NCBI GenBank assembly: GCA_003345545.1 | Contig: PRDH01000039.1 | Span: forward strand, 1 to 64,000 | From: Candidatus Thorarchaeota archaeon | GTDB taxonomy: Archaea > Asgardarchaeota > Thorarchaeia > Thorarchaeales > Thorarchaeaceae | Direction: 5' to 3' | DNA: 64,000 nucleotides | Part shown: positions 9,797 to 18,914 of the stretch, in pieces | Position numbering within the stretch: position 1 is the stretch's first letter | Layout: the number at the start of each line of letters is the position of its first letter | The notes under the pieces: model-generated | What the model saw: only the letters and a program-made list of their open reading frames with translations | Told to the model about the DNA's origin: nothing | Databases searched by the model: none | Translations under genes and position numbers: made by a program

Positions 9797-9971
9797 GGAT
9801 TTCGACTTCCAGACGTTGCTCTGTCCCTGCTAGTGGATTTGAACTAGTCAGAAATCGAAGAACAACGAATTTCAAACGTGATAAATCCTTCCCTAGGGGC
9901 CTTGTTTCGTGTCCTAACCTGTAGTTATATTAGCAGGGTGTAGCCGACAAAGTGCCTACGAGGCCGAGAAC

Positions 9972-11405
9972 ATGTCATGTACTGCCGAGACCGCCAGATC
10001 GCCGAGTCTCTATCGCAATCCTCGGGTGTTGGTCTTGGGCATCAATGCAATGCTAATCATGCTCGGTTTTGGTGTCGTGGCCCCATCAATGGCATACTAT
10101 CTCATCGCGCTCGAGGGAGGTCTCACAGAGCCTCCGGGACCTAGCTATATTGTGCCCGCTGAAGTTGTTGCTGAATTCTCATTAATCCTTGGAGTAATGA
10201 TGGCAGCTTTCATGGGGACAAGAACGCTATTGGCAAGGTATTGGGGCGGTCTTTCCGATACCTATGGGAGAAAACCAATAATCCTGATAGGTTTGGCAGG
10301 TTATTTTTTCCTTCTACTTTTCTTCGGCTTGGTGCAGGATTGGATTCAAATGCTTGCAGTACGCGCGATGCAAGGCGTAGTATCCGCTATGGTCTGGCCG
10401 ACGGCTCAAGCTGCATTGATGGACATCGTTGGTCCAGTCAGAAGGGGTGAAGGCATGGGCCTATACATGACTCTCTCAAACATTGGCTTTGTTCTTGGCC
10501 CCGGGGTTGGAGGATTACTCTACAATTATAGTCGCGACTTTCTGGTCTTGCCAGTGCCCGATGTCTTCAGAGTACCATACTACATTGGAGCCCTCATCGT
10601 GCTTCCCTCTGTTATTGCGACTGCGATAGTTCTCAAAGAAACCGCGCCGCGGAAACTTGAAGATGCCTCCCTGAGAAGGCAAGAGAGACACGACTTGACC
10701 GCGGATGAAGATGAAGAAGTGACTCCCCCGCCTCTTTTGGAAACTGGAGAAATGACTCCAAGAAGGCAGAAGATGATTTACGTGCTTTTTTTGATGTCCA
10801 CCCTCGATGGACTCGCCATGGGTCTGGGTCAGCCAGTACTCCAGCTCTTTCTCATGAGTCGTATCACCACAGATATTGGTTTCATAGGACTTGTCCTTTC
10901 AGGAGCAGGAGCTGTTGGTTTCTTGGTTTCTGTCCCTGCGGGACGGTATTCAGATCGCCGTGGAAGGAAGGGGCTAGCTATCTGGGGTGCATTCGGGTCC
11001 AGAATGAGTCTCGCTGTCTTGCCTCTTGCCGCCGACCTGGCACAGACAAGTGTGGTATGGATTGGGCAGAACGCCGCGATGGCCGCCTCCCAACCCGCGA
11101 TGGCTGCAATCCAAGCTGATATTGTGCCATGGAACCTTCGGGGCAAGTTCTTCGGAACAATCCAGGCCTTCCTTAATGCTGGTGCCACTGTTGGACCTAT
11201 AGTGGGCGGCGCATTGTTTGCGTATTTCTCCTTGATTCTCATCCCAATTGGACCATTGTTGATTGACGGTGTCGTCGTTCCATTTTGGTTGGCATCAAGC
11301 TTGGGAATGATTGGAGTCTTTCTGCTCTGGAGATATCTTGATGAAACCAAACCAGTAGACATAGTCAAGGCAGACGCTGAAGAAGTCCTTACCGACTCCA
11401 CCTAA
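9972..11405 (+). CDS. MFS transporter (DHA1-like)
   Basis: GGLSDTYGRK and GRYSDRRGRK motif A; about 12 TM. Confidence 0.9.
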   Translation: MSCTAETARSPSLYRNPRVLVLGINAMLIMLGFGVVAPSMAYYLIALEGGLTEPPGPSYIVPAEVVAEFSLILGVMMAAFMGTRTLLARYWGGLSDTYGRKPIILIGLAGYFFLLLFFGLVQDWIQMLAVRAMQGVVSAMVWPTAQAALMDIVGPVRRGEGMGLYMTLSNIGFVLGPGVGGLLYNYSRDFLVLPVPDVFRVPYYIGALIVLPSVIATAIVLKETAPRKLEDASLRRQERHDLTADEDEEVTPPPLLETGEMTPRRQKMIYVLFLMSTLDGLAMGLGQPVLQLFLMSRITTDIGFIGLVLSGAGAVGFLVSVPAGRYSDRRGRKGLAIWGAFGSRMSLAVLPLAADLAQTSVVWIGQNAAMAASQPAMAAIQADIVPWNLRGKFFGTIQAFLNAGATVGPIVGGALFAYFSLILIPIGPLLIDGVVVPFWLASSLGMIGVFLLWRYLDETKPVDIVKADAEEVLTDST

Positions 11406-11420
11406 ATGCTTTCAATTCTC

Positions 11421-11444
11421 GCTTTGACCGTAACGCCTATATAC
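11421..11444 (+). promoter_or_regulatory. Promoter with GCTTTGACC motif upstream of a TATA box
   Basis: GCTTTGACC-GTAAC-GCCTATATAC; same motif and spacing as at 52542 and 52980. Confidence 0.5.
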
Positions 11445-11498
11445 TTCAAGAGATGGCAGACATTTCGACCTAATGGAAACGGAGGTGTATGTGTATCA

Positions 11499-11555
11499 AT
11501 GACTGTAGTAGAGCTTAGTAGAGCGGATACCTGCACCGACGTCGATGATGTCTGA
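11499..11555 (+). CDS. Possible small peptide (MTVVELSRADTCTDVDDV)
   Basis: GGAGGTG SD-like at 11481-11487, downstream of the promoter; no homology evidence. Confidence 0.25.
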   Translation: MTVVELSRADTCTDVDDV

Positions 11556-11889
11556 GCAACATCCACTGCTTCTGTGTGTCTTCATCTGTTTCACGCATCA
11601 TGAGTGAAGGAACTCTGAAGCGTAGCGCATCCTGCAGGTTTCTGCTTTTCCGGTCTTTGTGAGCCACTGACAAATGATGCGTGCAACTCTTGAATGAGAT
11701 GACTAAGAAACGATGCAAAAACACAAACTTGGCAACCATAATTGCCCACATGCTCGTGCTACATCGGGCACTAACGCAGAGGAAGATACCGGTCGGATGG
11801 AGGACACATCTAAGCTTAGACGGTCCAGGCAGCTTACAGCCAAACACATCAGGGAGATGTATTCTCCGGGGCCTTCGAGGGTGATCTGA

Positions 11890-12708
11890 ATGACTGGCGT
11901 AGTGGAGAAGCTAAACCCCAGGAAGCCCAGCGCACTCTCTATAAAGAGGGACGGTCAGAGAGGAGACCAACGCGGGTGGACCGTTGAGATCAAGGAACTC
12001 ACACTGAGTGAGGTCAAGGAAGACGCCATTCGTTTCGCACTTGCGACCGATGTCGCCTATCAGATTAATGCTGGAAAAGAGGCATCCATCTATATTGCCT
12101 ACCATAGAGAACATCCGATAATTCTGAAGGCCTTCAGATTCTGGCAGACCTCTCAGGCGAAGAAGTCCAAAGGATTCTTTGCTCCGGGTAGAATGCAGGC
12201 CCTAGCGGCAAAAGAGTATGACCTCCTCCTAGCGTGTTTCAAGGCAGGGATGCATGTTCCTACTCCAATAGGACGGGTCGGCAACTACCTGACCCAGAGA
12301 TTCATTGGCGACAGACTGGAGCCAGCTCCTCAACTTAGAACTGTCAATCTAGATGATCCCGAAAGCGTGCTAGATCAGGTCCTAGATGATTATCTTGTGA
12401 TGTATCGAGATGTCCACTATGTCCATGGCGATCTGAGCGCATTCAATATTCTCTGGTGGAGAAACACACCTTGGATAATCGATATGCCTCAGGCATGTCC
12501 TGTCGACCCCTGGTCTGATATGAAACAGGTTGAAAATCTACTTCGTCGAGATATCAGCAATGTTCTCAACTACTTTGAGAGATATGGCATATCGAGAGAC
12601 CCTGATTACATTGTTCGGGTGTTCCTATCTGAATACGTTCCGGATAACCTAAGAAACTACTCAGAGGAAGTTGCCTCCATAGCTGAAGAAGGTGAGATCG
12701 ATGAGTAG
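11890..12708 (+). CDS. RIO-family atypical Ser/Thr kinase/ATPase
   Basis: GKEASIY, HVPTP, HGDLSAFNIL, IIDMPQ. Confidence 0.92.
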   Translation: MTGVVEKLNPRKPSALSIKRDGQRGDQRGWTVEIKELTLSEVKEDAIRFALATDVAYQINAGKEASIYIAYHREHPIILKAFRFWQTSQAKKSKGFFAPGRMQALAAKEYDLLLACFKAGMHVPTPIGRVGNYLTQRFIGDRLEPAPQLRTVNLDDPESVLDQVLDDYLVMYRDVHYVHGDLSAFNILWWRNTPWIIDMPQACPVDPWSDMKQVENLLRRDISNVLNYFERYGISRDPDYIVRVFLSEYVPDNLRNYSEEVASIAEEGEIDE

Positions 12709-13537
12709 AGTTGACAAGTTCAATCCTCTGGCCAAGGGCACAGCGATAGATCAAAAGCGTGATGCTCTTCGAGGATGCACCAGCGGCAAGGCTCTCATGC
12801 AAGAGCCAAAATACGCTGCTATTCGGAAGGATGCCATCAGCTATGGTCTTGTCACAGATGTCGTCTGCCCCATGAGTGCGGGGAAGGAAGCGACTATCTT
12901 CTTAGCGAAGTGGAATAGCCATCCAATAATCCTGAAGGCATACAGAATCTGGGCTACTCCTCACAAGTTGTCAATGGGTAAGGGGCATATTCGAGAAGCA
13001 AGTGGAAAGAAGACACGATTCATACTCGGTCTGATTGAGGACATTGCAGTCAAGGAGTATGATATTCTCCAAAGCTGTTTCAAGGCTGGTATCCAAGTTC
13101 CTACCCCGATTGGAAGAGTCGCGAATTACCTGACAATGCGCTTCATAGGCGACAACGAGACCCCGGCGCCTCAACTCCGAGAAGTGCAATTGGATGATCC
13201 TGAGTCTGTGATGAATCAGATCTTTGACCAGTACCTTATCATGTATCGGGATGTGCACTATGTTCATGGTGATTTGAGTGCATTCAACATTCTCTGGTGG
13301 AAAGACCTGCCCTGGTTTATAGATGTGCCACAGGGGGAGCCTGTCGGTGTTCATTCAGACATGAACAGAATTGAGTTGTTGCTTCGTAGAGATATATTGA
13401 ATGTCCTCAACTACTTTGAGAGCTATGGAATTGAAAGAGATCCTGAGCAGATACTTGATGTGTTACTAAAGGCATACATCCCTGACAATTTGAGAAACTA
13501 TAGAGAATTGCGAAAAGAGGGATTAGATCTTCTATAG
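12692..13537 (+). CDS. RIO-family atypical kinase, tandem paralog
   Basis: GKEATIF, QVPTP, HGDLSAFNIL, FIDVPQ; start may be the ATG at 12701. Confidence 0.92.
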   Translation: MRSMSRVDKFNPLAKGTAIDQKRDALRGCTSGKALMQEPKYAAIRKDAISYGLVTDVVCPMSAGKEATIFLAKWNSHPIILKAYRIWATPHKLSMGKGHIREASGKKTRFILGLIEDIAVKEYDILQSCFKAGIQVPTPIGRVANYLTMRFIGDNETPAPQLREVQLDDPESVMNQIFDQYLIMYRDVHYVHGDLSAFNILWWKDLPWFIDVPQGEPVGVHSDMNRIELLLRRDILNVLNYFESYGIERDPEQILDVLLKAYIPDNLRNYRELRKEGLDLL

Positions 13538-13677
13538 CCAAGGGGCTCTGGTTTCCTGCTATGACTTGCTCGAGCCTAATCCCGATACAGCCACTATGAA
13601 CCATTGCAGCCTAGCTGTGGTGGTCCGGATAATGAGAAACTTCTCTCTCTTAGTTCTTAGCTAGAAAATAAGGTAGT

Positions 13678-13699
13678 GAGCCTCATGCACCTGAGGCTC
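13678..13699 (-). terminator. Hairpin between convergent genes, probable terminator
   Basis: GAGCCTCA-TGCACC-TGAGGCTC, followed on the minus strand by a T-rich tract. Confidence 0.4.
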
Positions 13700-13774
13700 T
13701 CGATTCTCCATTGCGGACGGTTGCTTGGCTTGACCTATTTTCCTAGGCGCCCCATTTCCTCAGGATTCCTGAGC

Positions 13775-14191
13775 TTACTGTACCTTCCGCAAGACGACCC
13801 TGGATACTCCGGGAATCTTCTTTAGACTCTCTTCGAGTTCGTTGAGTGTTACAACCAGCTGATCTGGGATGAAGTAACATTCATAGTAGCAGCGCTCACC
13901 ACGCAGGCAAACTCCAGTCGTGAAGATTATGTCGCTTAGTTTGGCATCGTTGAACGCGAAGTTCAACTGCTTCAAGAAGTTCCGAGAGAGATCGCTGATC
14001 TCGATTCTCAGCAGATAGATATCCTCGCTAGCGACAGGGAATAGCTTTACGACCTTATCCTTGTGATGCAGCACTGTCAATGCGGCTTTCTCCCCGATGT
14101 CAGCTACGAATTCGGCTGGAAACTCCACTGGTTTCCCAGCAGTCAATCTCAAAATAATGGCAGATGTCGCGCCTTCCTTATCCAATACCAA
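13775..14191 (-). CDS. Putative regulator with AbrB-like N-terminus and ACT-like C-terminus
   Basis: C-terminal LRIEISD...ELEESLKKIPGVSRVVL is ACT-like; N-terminal beta-rich segment. Confidence 0.55.
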   Translation of the reverse strand: MVLDKEGATSAIILRLTAGKPVEFPAEFVADIGEKAALTVLHHKDKVVKLFPVASEDIYLLRIEISDLSRNFLKQLNFAFNDAKLSDIIFTTGVCLRGERCYYECYFIPDQLVVTLNELEESLKKIPGVSRVVLRKVQ

Positions 14192-14399
14192 AGATACAAC
14201 ACGTCCTTCTTGGTGGTTACATCGCTTTGATGCGTTCTGTGTATATATAACTTATCCGTTGAAAGGTCACCGCGGATTTTGGTCCACTTTTCCTCTGATA
14301 TTCCGCATTTTCCCCGAAAAGTGACCCCTCCGCATACGTGTCACGAGTCGGAATCTATAATTGGCATCATGCAGTCTGGCATCTCAGGAGTGAGAGTGC

Positions 14400-15110
14400 T
14401 TGAATTCTCGTCTGTCACAACTCTTGGGTATCATTCTTGTAGTCATCAGTGGTGCAATGACTCTGTTAGTCTATCAGGTAGTACGTACCATGCCTGAAGA
14501 TGATGTGCTTGTCCTTGTTACCTCTGGATTAGCATCGTGGGGTATTCTTGCTTTGCCTGAATTGATAATTGGGCTCTGGCTGATTCTAAGAGGAACTCAT
14601 GAGGCACGGATTGGCGATGTTTCAGGTGACCTCATTCCACTTGTTCAGCGAGAGGGACGAATCGGTGTTGCAGCAGCCGCACGAGAACTTGGTGCTGACC
14701 CCGAGGCTGTGGCCGATGCTGCAGAGAAGCTCTCTCGACGGCGACTCCCTCTTGTATACCTCGACCGACAGTCTTCGGAGATAGTCAGTCCAAGCTCTGT
14801 ATCATTGGAAGAGAGCCTTCTCCACCTGCTCTATGCACAGCGGAGAATGACCTTCGACCAAGTGTCCAAAGTGACGAATTCCACTGATGCCCAGATCATT
14901 GAAGCAGTCGCCAAGCTGACACAGCGTGGAAAGTTCAGAGGGACGGTTGATCGCAATTCGCGCGTAATCTATACGCAGGAGGCTGTTTCACAGCTTCGAA
15001 AGGCAGTGACGTCATGTCCCAATTGCTCAGGAAAGCTAGAAGCGCCGGTCCTACCCGGTGAAGAAGAGACTTGCCCGTACTGCGGCCACATGATCACGAA
15101 TAATGCATAG
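14400..15110 (+). CDS. 2-TM protein with tandem winged-helix (PCI-like) domains and C-terminal Zn ribbon
   Basis: Two N-terminal TMs; FDQVSK...KLTQRGKFRGTVDRNSRVIY; CPNC...CPYC. Confidence 0.7.
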   Translation: MNSRLSQLLGIILVVISGAMTLLVYQVVRTMPEDDVLVLVTSGLASWGILALPELIIGLWLILRGTHEARIGDVSGDLIPLVQREGRIGVAAAARELGADPEAVADAAEKLSRRRLPLVYLDRQSSEIVSPSSVSLEESLLHLLYAQRRMTFDQVSKVTNSTDAQIIEAVAKLTQRGKFRGTVDRNSRVIYTQEAVSQLRKAVTSCPNCSGKLEAPVLPGEEETCPYCGHMITNNA

Positions 15111-15161
15111 AGTAGCCTGAACCCAGATACTCAGCAGACGTCAACGAATGACAGGTTAGAT

Positions 15162-16283
15162 TCACATCATTCTCCATGTCTCTGAACACTTGTCCCCTCT
15201 TACAACAACATATTCGCTGAACAAGCTCGCAGAGAGGCATGAGTGATTCGGCAGTATTCGCACAAGCATCTTTGGAGAGAAGCTGATGTCTGCCTGTCTA
15301 GTTAGGGCAATCCTCCCATGCTCCTGTGAAAGCGAATCGAGGATAATCCCGTTCGCCAATCTGTTCTCATCGTAACCAGTAAAAACCTGACCAAAGCCAC
15401 ATTTCGGATTGATATGAACAGGGCCAATATCTTTTGAGAGAGCAGTAGCTCCTGCATCTATCACAATTCTATCTGGGTAAGTGCCAATTATACTTGCTAG
15501 GACGGTGAATGCACAATCACTCACTTTACACGTGCCAAGCGCCACTTGTGTATAGTCGAAAAATACGTAATTGCCAGGACGAATCTCAGTTATCTCCTCA
15601 TCGAATGAATCAGCAAGTACGACAGTAGGTGTTGATCCAATACTTACAATTTCTGGAGGGACCCTCTCTCTCCTCAAGGTCTTGGCGAACCGCGCCATCA
15701 CCTCTTGCTCCTGCTGTGCAATCCTCTTTATCTCATCAACGCTCTTCGCGTTGTAGGAATGCCCTGCATGAGTCAAAATGCCCTTGAATCTTAGATTGGA
15801 GTTTTCATTGATCTTCTTCACAAGACTCACTGCAGTATTGCTGGCGGGTTCTACACCACACCGGTGAAGGCCACAGTCGACTTTCACCATGACATCTAGC
15901 TCAGTCTGAGCTACTTGGCTAGATGCATCTAAGTCATCGACTATACGTGGATCATCGACTATGACCTTCAGAGATATTCTTGATGCAAGCTCCAGAGCCT
16001 TTGGAATCTTGTTCCTCGATATAGGGACTGCATATGTGATATCTTCAAACCCGGAATCAGCAAAGACCTCGGCTTCCCGCAGAGTGGAAACAGTAATCCC
16101 CTTGGCACCCTTGTCGATCTGCATCTTGCCAATCTCTACGCACTTATGCGTCTTAATGTGCGGGCGCAGATTGACATTGTTGTCTCTGGCAATCTCTGCC
16201 ATCCCATCGATATTTGTTTTGAGCCTCTTGTAGTCCAAGAGAGCAACTGGTGTCATCAGACGTGAGAATTGCTCCATTGACAT
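15162..16283 (-). CDS. DSD1 / D-threonine aldolase family PLP enzyme (fold type III)
   Basis: RPHIKTHK, HAGH, GSTPT, RPGNYVFFD, SQEHG, PNHSC. Confidence 0.9.
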   Translation of the reverse strand: MSMEQFSRLMTPVALLDYKRLKTNIDGMAEIARDNNVNLRPHIKTHKCVEIGKMQIDKGAKGITVSTLREAEVFADSGFEDITYAVPISRNKIPKALELASRISLKVIVDDPRIVDDLDASSQVAQTELDVMVKVDCGLHRCGVEPASNTAVSLVKKINENSNLRFKGILTHAGHSYNAKSVDEIKRIAQQEQEVMARFAKTLRRERVPPEIVSIGSTPTVVLADSFDEEITEIRPGNYVFFDYTQVALGTCKVSDCAFTVLASIIGTYPDRIVIDAGATALSKDIGPVHINPKCGFGQVFTGYDENRLANGIILDSLSQEHGRIALTRQADISFSPKMLVRILPNHSCLSASLFSEYVVVRGDKCSETWRMM

Positions 16284-16388
16284 TTAAGTCGCCATCGTGT
16301 TTCTCAAAGGGTGGAACTAATAACTCTCACGTTGGACGTGGGAAACCATTTTAGTCTCCTCGGTTTTTCTTAAGAAACGGTGTTCTAA

Positions 16389-16892
16389 TTGGATACGATT
16401 CCGAAAATTCTCATTCAAATGCTTGAACGTGAGAGCGCTCAGGCTCGATCTGTTCTCTCTGCAGCCGAAGGTATAGATCCTCATTATGTCCCTTGCAGTG
16501 GCATAAGACCTCTAGAGGATTTGGCGAATCACCTTGCTCAAATCCCAATCATTGATTACAAATTCTATACTACTAAGGAATTCAGTTCGTTCGAACAGGT
16601 CCATACCTTCGAAAAAGAGCTCAGGCGTTCAGCAATTGGAGACCTGCTTATAGTGTTCGATGAGGGCGTTGCGACAATCGTAAAACATCTGAAACGTCTG
16701 TCAGATGAGAGCGTCCTGAAGAAAGACTTGAAAGCATTTTACGAACAGGGCCCTAAGAAGAGCTGGGCTCAGTGCGCCCCTGAAATCACCACACATATCG
16801 CGATGCATAAAATGCAGCTCTGGATGTATCTCAAGATGGCTGGAGCTCCAGTGAGTATGTGGACCTATTATGGCATGTCCGAAAGCAAGTAG
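16389..16892 (+). CDS. DinB/YfiT-like metalloprotein
   Basis: LANHLA and THIAMHKMQLWMYLKMAG His motifs. Confidence 0.8.
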   Translation: MDTIPKILIQMLERESAQARSVLSAAEGIDPHYVPCSGIRPLEDLANHLAQIPIIDYKFYTTKEFSSFEQVHTFEKELRRSAIGDLLIVFDEGVATIVKHLKRLSDESVLKKDLKAFYEQGPKKSWAQCAPEITTHIAMHKMQLWMYLKMAGAPVSMWTYYGMSESK

Positions 16893-16898
16893 ATCTAA

Positions 16899-18323
16899 CT
16901 AGGTTATGCCATGTTGGTCCCCTCGTATTCGACGACTTAGATTCAACCTGACTTCAGCAATCCTCTCTGCTGCTCGGCTCTTCTTCGGCCAGAACTCCCT
17001 GATCTCATCGAAGCCATGTACATCCCAATAGAGCGGGCATGCTCCGTAGCAATACGCGAAGTGTTCGCACTCCTTGCACCCCTGAGGCGCGAAATCCTTG
17101 CCTCTCCAGAACCTGCTCGCCCTATTGTACCATACCTTCTCAAATCCTTCATTCAGGAGGTTTCCAACAGGTTCGCTGAAACTTGAACACGGCAGTAGAC
17201 CGCCTTCGGCATCCACTGAGATGAGACCATCACAACACGCACAGCTCTTGGCTCCCAGTCCACTTGCGATTGGGTTGAAGAGACAGACTGGAGTAGGCGC
17301 GTACCATACGAATTGAATTCCCTTCTTGCTTGCCCTGTGCTTCACGCGTTTCACGATCTCCGCGATTTCGGAGTATTTGATCTGCAACTCCTCGCGCAAC
17401 AATGCGGCAGTGCCCGTGTAGATCACCATATTCATGCTGAAGTATGAGAGGTTCAATTCATCAGCCAAAAAATCGACAAGGTCTTCTAGTCTGTCAAGAT
17501 TCGGACGGCAGATGGTTGAGTTGCAGTGAGTATAGATGTCTGTTTCTCGCAGGTTCTTGACTCCCTGAATCGTCTGTTCGAATGCGCCGGGAACACTGAC
17601 GATATGATCGTGTGTCTTTGCATCTGGACCTTCAATTGAGACCTGTGCACTGTTCAGACCCGCATCAACGAGCTTTTTCACAAACTCCTTGTCGCTGCAT
17701 CGCCGGCCATTTGTAATTAGATTGACTCGGAGCCCTTTCGTTCTCCCATACGCGATCAACTCGAACAGATCATCGCGGAGGGTGGGCTCACCTCCCGTAA
17801 AGGAGAGACTGGGCGCCTTAGCGTCATCCGCTATGATATCGATGACTCTCTTTACTTCCTCTGTTGTCATCTCATTTGTTTTTCTGTAGGGTGAGAAAGC
17901 ATAGCAGAACCTGCAGGCATTGTTGCAGCGATAGGTAAGAGCAATCTCACTCAGGACAGGGTACTTGATTTCATGCGTCCCGAATGGTACGATTTTGGCA
18001 GTCTTGTATGAGTAGATATTCTGATTTCCTGAAACCATGTTTCTCAGGTCATCTACAAATGAGGCCAGGTCATTCAGAACTACCTGTCTATCAGCGCCTA
18101 GGTCGACAAAATGGCTGACGAGCTCCTCGATGCTCTTACCCTCGAAGAGAAGCCTCAGCATCCGCATGGCTGTCTCGTTCAGGTTCATGACCTTGTTCGG
18201 TCGCAGGATCAAAAGATTGTCCTCGGGCCGCGGATAGAAGTAGTCCTTGACTTCTAGTATGAACTCAGGAATCCAAGCGAGGTCCTCAATGGCGTAGTCA
18301 TAGTGCGGAATCTGTTGAGACAC
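16899..18323 (-). CDS. Radical SAM/SPASM peptide maturase with N-terminal PqqD/RRE-like domain
   Basis: CNNACRFC, TGGEP, ITNG; SPASM SCACCDG..G.LLPC...CKEC.....C...CP; N-terminal LNETAMRMLRLLFEGKSIEELVSHF..DLASFVDDL is PqqD-like. Confidence 0.92.
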   Translation of the reverse strand: MSQQIPHYDYAIEDLAWIPEFILEVKDYFYPRPEDNLLILRPNKVMNLNETAMRMLRLLFEGKSIEELVSHFVDLGADRQVVLNDLASFVDDLRNMVSGNQNIYSYKTAKIVPFGTHEIKYPVLSEIALTYRCNNACRFCYAFSPYRKTNEMTTEEVKRVIDIIADDAKAPSLSFTGGEPTLRDDLFELIAYGRTKGLRVNLITNGRRCSDKEFVKKLVDAGLNSAQVSIEGPDAKTHDHIVSVPGAFEQTIQGVKNLRETDIYTHCNSTICRPNLDRLEDLVDFLADELNLSYFSMNMVIYTGTAALLREELQIKYSEIAEIVKRVKHRASKKGIQFVWYAPTPVCLFNPIASGLGAKSCACCDGLISVDAEGGLLPCSSFSEPVGNLLNEGFEKVWYNRASRFWRGKDFAPQGCKECEHFAYCYGACPLYWDVHGFDEIREFWPKKSRAAERIAEVRLNLSRRIRGDQHGIT

Positions 18324-18354
18324 TTCTATCTCGCTCTCGTTGAGTTCCTATCAT

Positions 18355-18412
18355 CTTAAGCATTCGGTTCTGATGAAGTGCACGCCCAAGAATCTGAAAG
18401 GCTTAAGTATTC
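18355..18412. promoter_or_regulatory. Divergent promoter region with two CTTAAG TATA-like boxes
   Basis: CTTAAGCATTC (18355-18365) and CTTAAGTATTC (18402-18412) in the 122-nt gap between divergent genes. Confidence 0.45.
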
Positions 18413-18445
18413 CCAGTCTTCTGTTAGAATCAGCGTTGTCGAGGA

Positions 18446-18850
18446 GTGTGTTCAATGAGCACAAATGAAATTAAGCTTCCATTTGGTAAAATCAGTCAAA
18501 AGAAGTTGATCATGCATTTCAGCGCATACGATATTGACCTCCCTATCATCGCTGCAGGCATCCGTGAGAGAATGGATGTCTTCCGCGAGCTAGGAGTGGA
18601 GTTTGCTGGGTTTGGAACCGACATCCCCGAGAGTATGTCTGAGCAGTCACCAGCTTTAGTGAAGTGTTTCTTCGAATATGTTGGTGAGGGCGGAGATGCG
18701 AACCTGGTCCTCAAGCGCGTCTACCACCTAGTCTGGGGTGGGATGATTGCGATGTTCCCTGACCTTGAGGAGTGGGCGACAGCTAAAGCTGACCTCTCTA
18801 ATCTGACGCTGGCACAGGCTGAGGTCATTAGAGCAAGGAAAGAGGACTGA
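18446..18850 (+). CDS. Hypothetical soluble protein
   Basis: 134-aa ORF (ATG at 18455 likely); no recognised motif. Confidence 0.75.
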   Translation: MCSMSTNEIKLPFGKISQKKLIMHFSAYDIDLPIIAAGIRERMDVFRELGVEFAGFGTDIPESMSEQSPALVKCFFEYVGEGGDANLVLKRVYHLVWGGMIAMFPDLEEWATAKADLSNLTLAQAEVIRARKED

Positions 18851-18914
18851 AGGAATCAACAACCTAGTGGAAGAGAATGACTAGTAATATGGACTATCAC
18901 TGCGAGGGTGAAAC

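Noticed and set aside
11540-11557. GATGATG...CTGA resembling a C/D box sRNA, or TGA as selenocysteine
   Set aside because: The boxes are too close for guide regions. Readthrough gives no recognisable protein and no SECIS was identified.
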